Source: Limnothrix sp. BL-A-16 (GTDB lineage Bacteria; Cyanobacteriota; Cyanobacteriia; CACIAM-69d). From it: a stretch of DNA of 64,000 bases. Location: NCBI GenBank assembly GCA_041937175.2, contig CP166615.1:3712001-3776000 (forward strand), written 5' to 3'. A program made the position numbers and the translations under genes. This document shows, piece after piece, positions 20,113 to 30,487 of this stretch. The notes beneath the pieces are model-generated. The model ran no database searches, was not told the origin of the DNA, and worked only from the letters and a program-made list of their open reading frames with translations. The first letter of the stretch is position 1, and the number at the start of each line of letters is the position of its first letter.

Positions 20113-21506
20113 TGATGGGTGGGATGCCAACGGTGCGAGCTACCATGCGACCGATCGAAGCGGTTCCCACGGGTGAATTGTGCATCGATTCGCTACCGGA
20201 TTTGCTGTTGCATCAATCCACCTGGGGCGAGCCAACCACGGCGGAATTTCAAATTGAGATTCGCCATGCGGATCATCTCCAGCAACCCATCAATCTAGAT
20301 CAAGCGATCGCCCAGTTCTCTGACCTCTCACCCCGAGGCGGCAAGCTGACAGTGATGGCGCGATTGCTGCGGTTTTCTCTGGTCATTCCCACCTACGAAG
20401 AAGCTGAGAATATTGAGGCCCTGGTTCGATCTCTCGTGGTGATTTTGGATCAGGCCTTGCCGAATGATTACGAAATCATTGTGGTGGATGACAACAGCAC
20501 CGATCGCACCTGGAAAATTACCCAGGAATTAACCGCCGAGTTTCCCCAATTGCGGGTGCTTTGTCGTCACTATGAACGGGGATTGGCCACCGCCGTGATT
20601 CGCGGTTGGCAAGTGGCTAAGGGCGAAATTTTGGGCGTGATTGATGGCGATGGCCAACACGATGAACAACTGTTGCCAGAGATGGTGGCGCAAATTTTGG
20701 CCGGAGCCGATTTGGTGGCCGCCAGTCGCAATGATCCCGGCGGCGGCATCAGCGATTGGAGCCTGTGGCGACGGCTCACCTCTCGGGGTGCGCAAATTTT
20801 GGGGTTAGCCTTGTTGCCCGACGTGGTGGGGCGTGTGTCCGATCCCTTGAGTGGCTATTTTGTCCTGAAACGCAGCGCGATCGCCCAGAAAACTCTGAAC
20901 CCCCTGGGCTATAAAATCCTGATTGAAGTGTTAGCCAAAGGCGATTTTGGACGTGTCAAAACCCTCCCCTACGAATTTCGCGAGCGGCAATCGGGCGAAA
21001 CCAAAGTTACTTGGTATCACGCGATCGACTATTTAGCTCACCTACTGCGGCTACGGCTCGATCGCTTCCCGGTTCAGCGCTTTATCCGGTTTGGCATTGT
21101 CGGCTTCAGTGGAGTAATCGTAGACATGGCGGTGCTCTACGCCCTCAGCGACCCTAGCACCTTGGGTTGGGGGCTTACTCGCAGCAAAATTATTGCGGCG
21201 GAAGTGGCAATTTTGAATAATTTTTGGTGGAACGATCGCTGGACATTTCGGGACTTATCCCAACGTCAAACCGGCTTTCGTCGTCGCCTCGAACGCTTCT
21301 TAAAATTCAACTTAATTTGCTTAATGGGTCTGATTCTGAATGTTCTAATTTTGAATCTCGTTTTTAATGTGATTTTTGCGGGTCAATACCGTTATTTAGC
21401 CAACTTGATTGCGATCGGTTTGGTCACCTTCTGGAACTTTTGGCTGAATACCAAACTCAGTTGGCGGGTCACCGATCGCGATCGCACCGAACTCCCCAAT
21501 CCCTAA
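20112..21506 (+). CDS. GT2 polyprenol-phosphate glycosyltransferase with GtrA domain
   Basis: VIPTYEE, VVDDNSTD, DGDGQH, SDPLSGYF, then a 4-TM GtrA region. Start uncertain. Confidence 0.88.
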   Translation: MMGGMPTVRATMRPIEAVPTGELCIDSLPDLLLHQSTWGEPTTAEFQIEIRHADHLQQPINLDQAIAQFSDLSPRGGKLTVMARLLRFSLVIPTYEEAENIEALVRSLVVILDQALPNDYEIIVVDDNSTDRTWKITQELTAEFPQLRVLCRHYERGLATAVIRGWQVAKGEILGVIDGDGQHDEQLLPEMVAQILAGADLVAASRNDPGGGISDWSLWRRLTSRGAQILGLALLPDVVGRVSDPLSGYFVLKRSAIAQKTLNPLGYKILIEVLAKGDFGRVKTLPYEFRERQSGETKVTWYHAIDYLAHLLRLRLDRFPVQRFIRFGIVGFSGVIVDMAVLYALSDPSTLGWGLTRSKIIAAEVAILNNFWWNDRWTFRDLSQRQTGFRRRLERFLKFNLICLMGLILNVLILNLVFNVIFAGQYRYLANLIAIGLVTFWNFWLNTKLSWRVTDRDRTELPNP

Positions 21507-21520
21507 ATTACCCAACCACT

Positions 21521-21600
21521 AGACAAGGGGCTTAAGCCCCTTGCCCCCCACGATCCGCTAACAGTAGATCCAGGGTTTTAGGCACAATGACGACAGGCCC
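21521..21600 (-). mobile_element. Half copy of the TA-flanked MITE family found at 63018, ending at the REP palindrome
   Basis: The reverse complement TAGGGCCTGTCGTCATTGTGCCTAAAACCCTGGATCTACTGTTAGCGGATCG... aligns with 63016-63094. The palindrome is at 21524-21543. Confidence 0.8.
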
Positions 21601-21632
21601 TAAGCTCCTTGCCCCATCCCCCCAAGCACCCC

Positions 21633-22295
21633 ATGAAGCCTCCTAAAAAACGTTGGATTGTGCTGCTGCTGTTCTTTTGCCTCGGGGCGATCGGGGCAAT
21701 GTTTTACAGCTTGGGCATGATTGATATCGAACGGCTACGCACCCAAATTGGGGGCACGGGTTGGCTCGCACCATTGGTGTATATGGTGGTCTATCTTGCC
21801 GTCACCATGCTGATGCTACCCTCAACGGCTTTAAACCTTTTGGGGGGCGCATTATTCGGCTCGATTTGGGGCACAATTTGGACGAGCTTGGCGGCTATTT
21901 TGGCGGCGATCGCTTCCTTTTATCTCAGTCGTTGGTTAGCTCGGCCCGCCTTTGAGCGTCGCCTCGCCGATCGCTGGCAAGAAATGGATCAAGAAATTCG
22001 CCGCCACGGCTTTGCCTATATGCTTGCCGTGCGTTTGCTGCCGATTTTGCCCTACGGTTTGGCGAACTACACCGCCGGTTTAACTTCCGTGCGATTTCGG
22101 GATTATTTGATCGCCACCATTGCGGGTACGGGCCCCGGCGTATTTTTATTTGTGCAATTGGGCAGCTCCGGCACTGAAGCCATTAGCCGAGGGCAATTTT
22201 TGCCCCTGAGTTTGACCCTCGGGGCGATCGGGCTGCTGATCATTGGGGCCACTTGGTATAACCATCGGTTGGCACGCTTGGCGGGGCGCGAATAA
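21633..22295 (+). CDS. TVP38/TMEM64 (DedA/VTT) membrane protein
   Basis: LP.TALNLLGGALFG, RLLPILPYGLANYTAG. Confidence 0.88.
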   Translation: MKPPKKRWIVLLLFFCLGAIGAMFYSLGMIDIERLRTQIGGTGWLAPLVYMVVYLAVTMLMLPSTALNLLGGALFGSIWGTIWTSLAAILAAIASFYLSRWLARPAFERRLADRWQEMDQEIRRHGFAYMLAVRLLPILPYGLANYTAGLTSVRFRDYLIATIAGTGPGVFLFVQLGSSGTEAISRGQFLPLSLTLGAIGLLIIGATWYNHRLARLAGRE

Positions 22296-22478
22296 TTCGG
22301 CTGGGGCCGATCGATCACCCCCAAGCGGTATCCTGAGGCAAATATCGGCGGGAATAGGCTGAAACCATCGCCTAGTCTAGGCTTGGCATTAACCGAGCCT
22401 TAATCTACATCGGGCGATCGCCCGTCTTGTGCCGCTGGCCCCTTGCCCATTTTGTCCCTGTTGCCCCGCACGGAACCT

Positions 22479-23609
22479 ATGCGAATTGCGCTGTTTACCG
22501 AAACCTTTTTGCCCAAAATTGATGGGATCGTGACCCGTCTGCGCCACACGATCGATCACCTGCAAAAAATGGGCGATGAGGTACTAATCGTCACGCCCGA
22601 TTTGGGTTTACAGGATTACAACGGCTCAAAAGTTTTCGGGGTTTCGGGGTTTCCGCTGCCGCAATATCCTGAGCTAAAAATCGCCCTGCCACGCCCGGCC
22701 ATTGGTCGCGAACTGGATCATTTTCGGCCCGATTTAATTCATGTGGTTAACCCGGCTGTCGTCGGTTTGGGCGGCATTTATTACGCCAAAACTCGTCAAT
22801 TGCCCCTCGTGGCTTCCTATCACACGCACCTACCCCAATACCTCCAACATTACGGATTGGGAATGCTAGAAGGTTTGCTCTGGGAATTGCTAAAAACCGC
22901 CCACAATCTAGCAGAAATTAACCTTTGCACCTCCACCGCCATGGTGCAGCAACTGAGCGACCATGGCATTGAGCGCACCGCCCTTTGGCAGCGGGGCGTA
23001 GACACGGACAGCTTCACGCCCGATCGCGCCACCGCCGAAATGCGCGACTTCCTCAGCCAAGGCCACCCAGACGCGCCCCTGTTGATTTACATCGGTCGCC
23101 TGTCCGCTGAAAAAGAGGTCGATCGGATCCGGCCCGTGCTCGAATCAATTCCCGGCGCGCGGCTTGCCCTCGTGGGTGACGGCCCCTACCGCGCCGAACT
23201 GGAGGAATTTTTTGCCGGAACTAACACCCACTTTGTCGGTTACCTACGCGGCCTGGAGCTGGCCGCCGCCTATGCCAGCGCCGATGCATTCATCTTCCCT
23301 TCGCGCACGGAAACCCTTGGTCTGGTGCTGTTGGAAGCGATGGCGGCCGGTTGTCCCGTGGTGGCGGCCAATGCGGGCGGCATCCCCGATATCGTCACCG
23401 ACGGCGTAAATGGCTTCCTCTTTGACCCCACCGATGAGCAAGGGGCCGTCACTGCCACCCAGCGCCTGTTTGCCGACCCCAGCCAGCGAGCTGATCTGCG
23501 ATCGGCCGCGCGGGCCGAGGCTGAACGCTGGGGCTGGGCCGCCGCCACCCGCCAACTGAAGGACTATTACTACGGAATCTTGAGCATGAGTCAGCGACAG
23601 GCGGCTTAG
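22479..23609 (+). CDS. sqdX: Sulfolipid synthase-like GT4 glycosyltransferase
   Basis: MRIALFTETFLPKIDGIV, SYHTHLP, PSRTETLGLVLLEAMA. Confidence 0.9.
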   Translation: MRIALFTETFLPKIDGIVTRLRHTIDHLQKMGDEVLIVTPDLGLQDYNGSKVFGVSGFPLPQYPELKIALPRPAIGRELDHFRPDLIHVVNPAVVGLGGIYYAKTRQLPLVASYHTHLPQYLQHYGLGMLEGLLWELLKTAHNLAEINLCTSTAMVQQLSDHGIERTALWQRGVDTDSFTPDRATAEMRDFLSQGHPDAPLLIYIGRLSAEKEVDRIRPVLESIPGARLALVGDGPYRAELEEFFAGTNTHFVGYLRGLELAAAYASADAFIFPSRTETLGLVLLEAMAAGCPVVAANAGGIPDIVTDGVNGFLFDPTDEQGAVTATQRLFADPSQRADLRSAARAEAERWGWAAATRQLKDYYYGILSMSQRQAA

Positions 23610-23715
23610 GCTGAAATGGCATCCCCTAGCCGGACGATTGCCCCCACTGGCTGACTGAGCACTGTTGCATAACCTTTGAATTACCGTCCTAACGCAGCGT
23701 CCTAACCTCTCAACC

Positions 23716-24615
<900 letters not shown>

Positions 24616-24676
24616 CGCAGCACCCACCGAGCAAAAGATCCTGATCGATCGGCTGAATGGGTTAATCCACGGCTTG

Positions 24677-25579
24677 TTAGTAATGGGCCTGGCCATCCGG
24701 GCCGATCGCCCCCGTCCAAACCACCGCCCGAGTGTTGGCCTGGGACAAATCCGCATCAATCAACACCGCCCCCCGCAGCACAGCACTGCTGAAATTCGTC
24801 CATTGCAAGCGAGCCTGAAACAAATTGGCATCGCTCAAATCCGCTTGGCGCAACGTTGACCAACTGAGATTGGTTTCCCGCAAATTGCCCTTCAGCAGTT
24901 TGGCCGCCGTGAAATCCGCCCCGATCGCCTTGGCTCGCCGCAGGTCGCAACTGGACAAATCCGCCGCCAAAAACACCGTGCTACTGGCATAAACCTCCAG
25001 CAACATCGCCCCCACCAACACCGAATCTGAAAAATTGGCCTTGGTCAAATTGGCCCGCGTCAGGTTCGCCTTGGTCAAATTGGCTTCCGTGAGCTTGGCG
25101 TGGTGCAACGTGGCCTCTCGCATGTTGGCCCCTTCCAGGTTGGCCTGATGCAAATCCGCTTCACTGAGATTGGACTCTATCAACACCGCTTCCCGCAAAT
25201 TCGCACCGACCAACTTGGTGGCCCGCATGGAGCAACCGGACAAATTGGCCCGATCGCCCAAATCCACGCCGCTCAAATCCGCCCCAATGCAGTTCGCATT
25301 CACCAAATTGGCTCCCCGCAATGACGCATCCCGCAACTTCACCTCGCGGAGATTAATCCCACGCCATTGCACATGATTCGCCTCCACGCTCAGTAAACGC
25401 GCTTCCCGCAGGTTTCCCTCTTCCAAATTGGAGCCAGACAACTTAGCCCCTGATAAATCCGCCCCTTGGAGCGAAATACCGGGCAACAGGGCCCCACTGA
25501 GATCCGCCGATGACAAATCAACGCGGTCAAAATCTCGCTCTCCGGCTGCGTAGCGTTCGAGCAATTCGCTAACTTCCAT
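24677..25579 (-). CDS. Pentapeptide-repeat protein
   Basis: ELLERYAAGERDF N-cap followed by A(D/N)Lxx repeats. Confidence 0.93.
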   Translation of the reverse strand: MEVSELLERYAAGERDFDRVDLSSADLSGALLPGISLQGADLSGAKLSGSNLEEGNLREARLLSVEANHVQWRGINLREVKLRDASLRGANLVNANCIGADLSGVDLGDRANLSGCSMRATKLVGANLREAVLIESNLSEADLHQANLEGANMREATLHHAKLTEANLTKANLTRANLTKANFSDSVLVGAMLLEVYASSTVFLAADLSSCDLRRAKAIGADFTAAKLLKGNLRETNLSWSTLRQADLSDANLFQARLQWTNFSSAVLRGAVLIDADLSQANTRAVVWTGAIGPDGQAHY

Positions 25580-26004
25580 GGGGGAGCCTCATCACGGACT
25601 TCAATGCTGCTGTTGGGGGGATATGAACAATCCACATTTCAATCGTCCTCAAAATCCCCCGAAGGACTGGGGCAGAGATTTCAACACCAGCTCAGCAATT
25701 CAGCAGTTCTAGCAATTTCACAGAGCCATTCAAAACCAATTCACACCCCGGCTCTTCGGCCCCAGCGACTGGGCCAATCAAGGACAGGGCCAACCAGCGA
25801 CATGGCGAAATGACTAGGCGATCGGGATTTTGTTTGGGCTGCGATCGTAACCATGCTGATTTTACACCTCGGCTCAGGGTCGCTCCTGACAGGACGGGGC
25901 TTGCACCCCCGACGGCCGCCAACGATATGGCCAGTCCCACCCGATTACATCGCCCATCTTCAGCTTTTTGTCCCGGTGAATCTACCCACAGCCCAGAACG
26001 ATCA

Positions 26005-26018
26005 GTATCGCTAGATAC
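26005..26018. promoter_or_regulatory. NtcA-binding box upstream of amt1
   Basis: GTA-TCGCTAGA-TAC is an exact GTA-N8-TAC match about 370 bp before amt1, a known NtcA target in cyanobacteria. Confidence 0.75.
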
Positions 26019-26389
26019 AGAACGATACTCGACAAAATTGATGCAATTGCCTGTGTTTAAAGCAAGTCCACGTCGATCGACAATTGCTGCATCAAGAGAC
26101 TGTCTTGGATTGCAGTCTAGCTTTCATTGAGTCCCTGTCAAACCCTGGGGCAAACCACTCCCAAAGGCGATGCATCTGCAAAAGGCGGCCAGTCCGATCG
26201 GGTCAGCCTGTGGAGCAAATGAAGCCAACTTCGCCGCGATGGAGCAGGAAGCTTCCTGATTCCCCCATTCGTGAGCGAATCGCAGCAATTGTTAGAGAAG
26301 GAGTGATGGTCTTAGTTTTAACCAGTCAGCAACCGCCCTGTCTCTGAACCATCCATATCAACATCAACCCCTATAGGAACCGTTAGTCT

Positions 26390-27934
26390 ATGGCTAGGCT
26401 CAAGTTCTCGGGTCGCCGTAAGGGGCATTCGCGCTCCCTTAACGAGGGCACCGATCGATCCATTGACCAGATCCTGAATGCCGGGCGATCGTTCTTTCAC
26501 GACGTATTCGGTCGCCGCACTTCCCTCGGTTGGTTAGCCTGTATTCCTCTGGCCGCCGTGATTGTGGCCACCTGGAACCTGGCTGCCCATGCCGCCGAAC
26601 CCATCAAACCGGAGGACGTTCAGGGCCTGCTGAACATGACCTGGGTTCTAGTGGGAGCCATCCTCGTGATCTTCATGAACGCGGGCTTCTGCATGTTGGA
26701 AACGGGCTTCTGTCGTCAGAAGAACGCCGTTAACGTTCTGACCAAGAACCTGATTGTATTTGCCCTGGCTACCTTGGCCTTCTGGGCTTTGGGCTATGGT
26801 TTCATGTTTGCCCAAGGCAATAACGTGATTGGCACGACGGGCTTCTTCCTGTCGGGAACGCCCGAAACCTACGGCATTGAAGCAACGGGGCTGCCGGTCT
26901 CGCTGCACTTCCTCTTCCAAGTTGCCTTTGCGGGCACTGCCGCCACGATCGTGTCCGGTGCGGTGGCTGAGCGGGTGAAGTTCGTGGACTTCTTGATCTT
27001 TAGCTTGCTGCTGGTTGGGGTGTCCTACGCCATCACGGGCCGTTGGATTTGGAGCGGCACGGGCGGTTGGCTGTTCAACATGGGCTTCCGCGACTTCGCT
27101 GGGTCAACGGCGGTACACTCCGTCGGTGGTTGGGCAGCGCTGATGGGTGCTTCGATTCTGGGGCCCCGGATGGGCAAATATGACAACGGCCAACCCCGCG
27201 CCATCCCTGGCCACAATATGAGCATTGCCACCCTGGGCTGCTTGATTCTGTGGGTTTGCTGGTTTGGGTTTAACGGCGCTTCCACCCTGGCCGTGAATGC
27301 GGCCGTGCCTTACATTGCCGTGACCACGAACTTGGCTGCAGCAGCGGGTGGCGTAACCGCCACGTTCACGTCCTGGTGGCTGTCGGGCAAGCCGGATCTG
27401 TCGATGGTGATCAACGGCATCCTGGCTGGCTTGGTGGGCATCACGGCGGGTTGCAACGTGGTTGACTACCCCGGTTCTGTGTTGATTGGTGGCATTGCCG
27501 GGATTCTGGTGGTGCTGTCGGTGGGCTTCTTTGACTCGGTGCTGAAGGTGGATGACCCGGTGGGTGCAACCTCGGTGCACTTGGTCTGCGGTGTTTGGGG
27601 CACGCTGGCGGTCGGTCTGTTCAGCATTGGTAAGGATGCAACGGGTGCGGATGCGGCTGGTTTGGGCCTGTTCTATGGTGGTGGTTTGACCCAGTTGGGC
27701 ATCCAGTTCTTGGGCGTTGCCATTGCTGGTGGGGTGACGGTGCTGCTGTCTACCATCTTCTGGTACGTGCTGAATGCGTTTGGTGGCATCCGTGTTTCGC
27801 CGGAGGAAGAGGCAATCGGTCTCGATATTGGCGAGCACGGCATGGAGGCCTACAGCGGCTTTGTGAAGGACAACACCTCGATCGGCCCCACGGGTACGGC
27901 GGCGATGGGTGTTTCGGATCAAACCGCATCCTAG
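26390..27934 (+). CDS. amt1: Ammonium transporter Amt1
   Basis: [51 protein letters not shown]. Confidence 0.95.
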   Translation: MARLKFSGRRKGHSRSLNEGTDRSIDQILNAGRSFFHDVFGRRTSLGWLACIPLAAVIVATWNLAAHAAEPIKPEDVQGLLNMTWVLVGAILVIFMNAGFCMLETGFCRQKNAVNVLTKNLIVFALATLAFWALGYGFMFAQGNNVIGTTGFFLSGTPETYGIEATGLPVSLHFLFQVAFAGTAATIVSGAVAERVKFVDFLIFSLLLVGVSYAITGRWIWSGTGGWLFNMGFRDFAGSTAVHSVGGWAALMGASILGPRMGKYDNGQPRAIPGHNMSIATLGCLILWVCWFGFNGASTLAVNAAVPYIAVTTNLAAAAGGVTATFTSWWLSGKPDLSMVINGILAGLVGITAGCNVVDYPGSVLIGGIAGILVVLSVGFFDSVLKVDDPVGATSVHLVCGVWGTLAVGLFSIGKDATGADAAGLGLFYGGGLTQLGIQFLGVAIAGGVTVLLSTIFWYVLNAFGGIRVSPEEEAIGLDIGEHGMEAYSGFVKDNTSIGPTGTAAMGVSDQTAS

Positions 27935-28044
27935 GAAAAAGCCTCGGTACTGGGCCTGGGTCGGGTAACGATGATTTTCATGGTTTTCACGACTTTGGCC
28001 ACTTGCTGAGTCAGGATGCGACTGATTACCACAGGTGTTCAATG

Positions 28045-28092
28045 ACACAGGAGGGGGCGATCGCCCTCTTTTGTGTTTAGGGATGTTTTTTT
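28045..28092 (+). terminator. Probable intrinsic terminator of amt1
   Basis: ACACAGGAGGGG-GCGATCGC-CCTCTTTTGTGT hairpin centred on a HIP1 site, followed by a T-run. Confidence 0.55.
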
Positions 28093-28132
28093 TGCGGCCA
28101 AAGTTCGCTAGAGTTCTTAGTGAATTGGTCTT

Positions 28133-29404
28133 TTGGCGATGGATGCAAGGCCAACGGAGCCGGTTAGGGCCGGTTGGCTTGCACCAAGGCAGGGTCACCA
28201 CAACGTTTCAGGGCAAATCGTGTTTTCTCGATCGCGTGCTCGACGAACAGGAATTTTTGGCCGCTCGATTGGCTGGTCACGCCGATCGAGTGGTTTCTCA
28301 CCGTCTAAGCCCCGCGCTCCTTGGTGGGTCAAATGGTCTCTGTGGGGCAATGGATTATTAGCCGTGGCCTTTTTGGTGGTTGTCACGGGTCTAGACCGTG
28401 CGGCGGCCAAGGCCATTGCCCAAGCGATTGACCAGATTCAGCAAACCCAAGAGTCTTTGGAGCGATCGCCCACCAGGGCTGTGGCGGCAACGGTTACCAC
28501 TCCGAAGCGATCGCCCGTCGCGGCCACCAGTTATGAAGGATGGGTGGCTCGGCGGCGGCAGGAGGCCAATGCGATGGCCCTGCGACGGCCCGCCCGGTTA
28601 GCGGTGTTGGTGGGCGATTCCTTAACCCTGGCCTTTCCGTCCCGTCTGTTGCCGGCGGGAACCACTTGGCTGAATCAAGGCATCTCTGGGGATACGACCC
28701 GGTTGTTGTTGCAGCGCTTGGATGGGTTGGCACGCCTGCAACCGGAGGTGATTTTTGTGGCGATCGGGATTAATGACCTGATGCAAGGGGTCAGTGATGA
28801 CACGATCGTGGAAAATCACCGGGCCATTACCCAGGAATTGCGCCGGGCCCATCCGAATTCGCGGATTGTGTTGCAAAGCCTGTTGCCCCATCGCGGGGCT
28901 AGCTCCACTTGGGAAGGCCGGGCCCGCCTGCAACAGGCCACACTCGATCGAATCAAGCGCATTAACCGCCGGTTGAACCAGGTAGCCCGGGATGAGCGGG
29001 TGGGCTTCTTGGATTTGTTTCCGATGTTCATCGATCCGCAGGGCAATCTACACCCAGATCTCACCACCGACGGTCTGCACTTGAGCGATCGGGGCTATTT
29101 GGTTTGGCGGGCGGCCCTGGATTCTTTCTTGCAACTGTCGCGATCGGGCGCGGCGGGGTTAACCGTCACACCGCGACCCGCCGAAGAAAACCGGGCCGGG
29201 GCCCAGCGATTGACCGATTCCGACAACCGGAACGTGGCAACTCCGAGCGATCGCCCTTCCCCCACGCCCAAGGCCTCACCGGCCGATCGCAAACCGTCCA
29301 GCAGTAGCGCTGCGCCCGCCAATCGTCCGGCTGAGTCGCCCGATCGGGCCCGCAACACCAACCGGCGCGAAGCACCCGCCACCACCGACGACCAGCGCCC
29401 CTAA
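28133..29404 (+). CDS. SGNH/GDSL hydrolase with N-terminal TM segment and disordered tail
   Basis: LVGDSL, NQGISGD, GIND and DGLH blocks. Start uncertain. Confidence 0.88.
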   Translation: MAMDARPTEPVRAGWLAPRQGHHNVSGQIVFSRSRARRTGIFGRSIGWSRRSSGFSPSKPRAPWWVKWSLWGNGLLAVAFLVVVTGLDRAAAKAIAQAIDQIQQTQESLERSPTRAVAATVTTPKRSPVAATSYEGWVARRRQEANAMALRRPARLAVLVGDSLTLAFPSRLLPAGTTWLNQGISGDTTRLLLQRLDGLARLQPEVIFVAIGINDLMQGVSDDTIVENHRAITQELRRAHPNSRIVLQSLLPHRGASSTWEGRARLQQATLDRIKRINRRLNQVARDERVGFLDLFPMFIDPQGNLHPDLTTDGLHLSDRGYLVWRAALDSFLQLSRSGAAGLTVTPRPAEENRAGAQRLTDSDNRNVATPSDRPSPTPKASPADRKPSSSSAAPANRPAESPDRARNTNRREAPATTDDQRP

Positions 29405-29483
29405 GGCCGTAAGATATTCACCAACTCACCAGCCAGACGGGCAACGACCAGGCCACGGGTAACCAGGCCATGCACAGAACGCC

Positions 29484-30209
29484 ATGCACAAATTGATTAA
29501 AGGCTTGCGGCAGTTTCAGCAAGATTACTTCGCTTCCCATCAAAAGCTGTTTGAAGAGCTGGCCCATGGGCAAAAACCGCGTGTACTCTTCATCTCTTGT
29601 TCTGACTCCCGCGTTGACCCGGAACTGATTACCCAATCGGATCCTGGCGAAATTTTCGTGATCCGCAATGCCGGCAACATCGTTCCCCCCTATGGCGCGG
29701 CCAACGGCGGTGAAGGAGCCACGATCGAATATGCGATCGAAGCCTTGGGGGTGAGTGAAATTGTTGTTTGCGGCCATTCCCACTGCGGGGCCATGAAAGG
29801 CCTGCTCAAGATCAAAGAGCTGGAAGACAAAATGCCCCTGGTCAGCCGCTGGCTAGAACATGCGGAAGCAACACGCCAGGTGGTTTTGCAAAACTACAGC
29901 CCCTGTAGTGGTGAAGATTTGCTGGAAATTACGGTGGCCGAAAACGTGCTCACCCAAATTGACAACCTGCGCACCTACCCCTGTGTGCGAGCCAAGCTGA
30001 ACCAGGGTAGCTTGCGGCTCCATGCTTGGGTTTATGAAATCGAAACGGGTCGAATCTATGCCTACGACCCCCAAACCCAGGAATATGTGGAGCCGGAAAG
30101 GGCCTGGAACCGGCCCACGCCGGCCCTGACCTTACCTCAGCGCCAAGCCCAAGCCTGTGCCTGGTTGCCGCCGGAGCAGTCGGAGCGAATTTATCGCGGC
30201 GCACGCTAG
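29484..30209 (+). CDS. ccaA: Beta-carbonic anhydrase, CcaA/IcfA type
   Basis: CSDSR and GHSHCG Zn ligands; the C-terminal WLPPEQSERIYRG resembles the carboxysome-targeting tail of CcaA. Confidence 0.88.
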   Translation: MHKLIKGLRQFQQDYFASHQKLFEELAHGQKPRVLFISCSDSRVDPELITQSDPGEIFVIRNAGNIVPPYGAANGGEGATIEYAIEALGVSEIVVCGHSHCGAMKGLLKIKELEDKMPLVSRWLEHAEATRQVVLQNYSPCSGEDLLEITVAENVLTQIDNLRTYPCVRAKLNQGSLRLHAWVYEIETGRIYAYDPQTQEYVEPERAWNRPTPALTLPQRQAQACAWLPPEQSERIYRGAR

Positions 30210-30249
30210 GGCCCGCTGTCCAATCGCCTGAAACCCTGATTGCACAGTA

Positions 30250-30392
30250 AGGACTTACGCAGGATTTGCTAAGACCCTCACCCCTAGCCCCTCTCCCAAA
30301 AAGGGCGAGGGAAGAAGAATGCTGACTCCCCTTCTACCGTTCTGGGAGAAGGGGTTGGGGGATGAGGGCAATTGAGGTTTTGCGTAAGCCCT
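30250..30392. mobile_element. MITE with AGGACTTACGCA/TGCGTAAGCCCT ends and a nested REP-like inverted pair
   Basis: Terminal inverted repeat (TIR) matches 11/12. ACAGT(A) is duplicated on both flanks (30244, 30394). Internal CCCTCACCCCTAGCCCCTCTCCCA...TGGGAGAAGGGGTTGGGGGATGAGGG at 30275-30368. Confidence 0.8.
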
Positions 30393-30415
30393 AACAGTAA
30401 TGGGATCGCAAGGGA

Positions 30416-30435
30416 CAAGGGGCTTAAGCCCCTTG
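30416..30435. repeat. REP-like palindrome
   Basis: Perfect copy between the convergent ccaA and Amt-cyclase genes. Confidence 0.92.
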
Positions 30436-30487
30436 TTACGGCTGTTGGGGCTAGGAAACGATCGAACAGTTGGGAATCGATCGGCTG

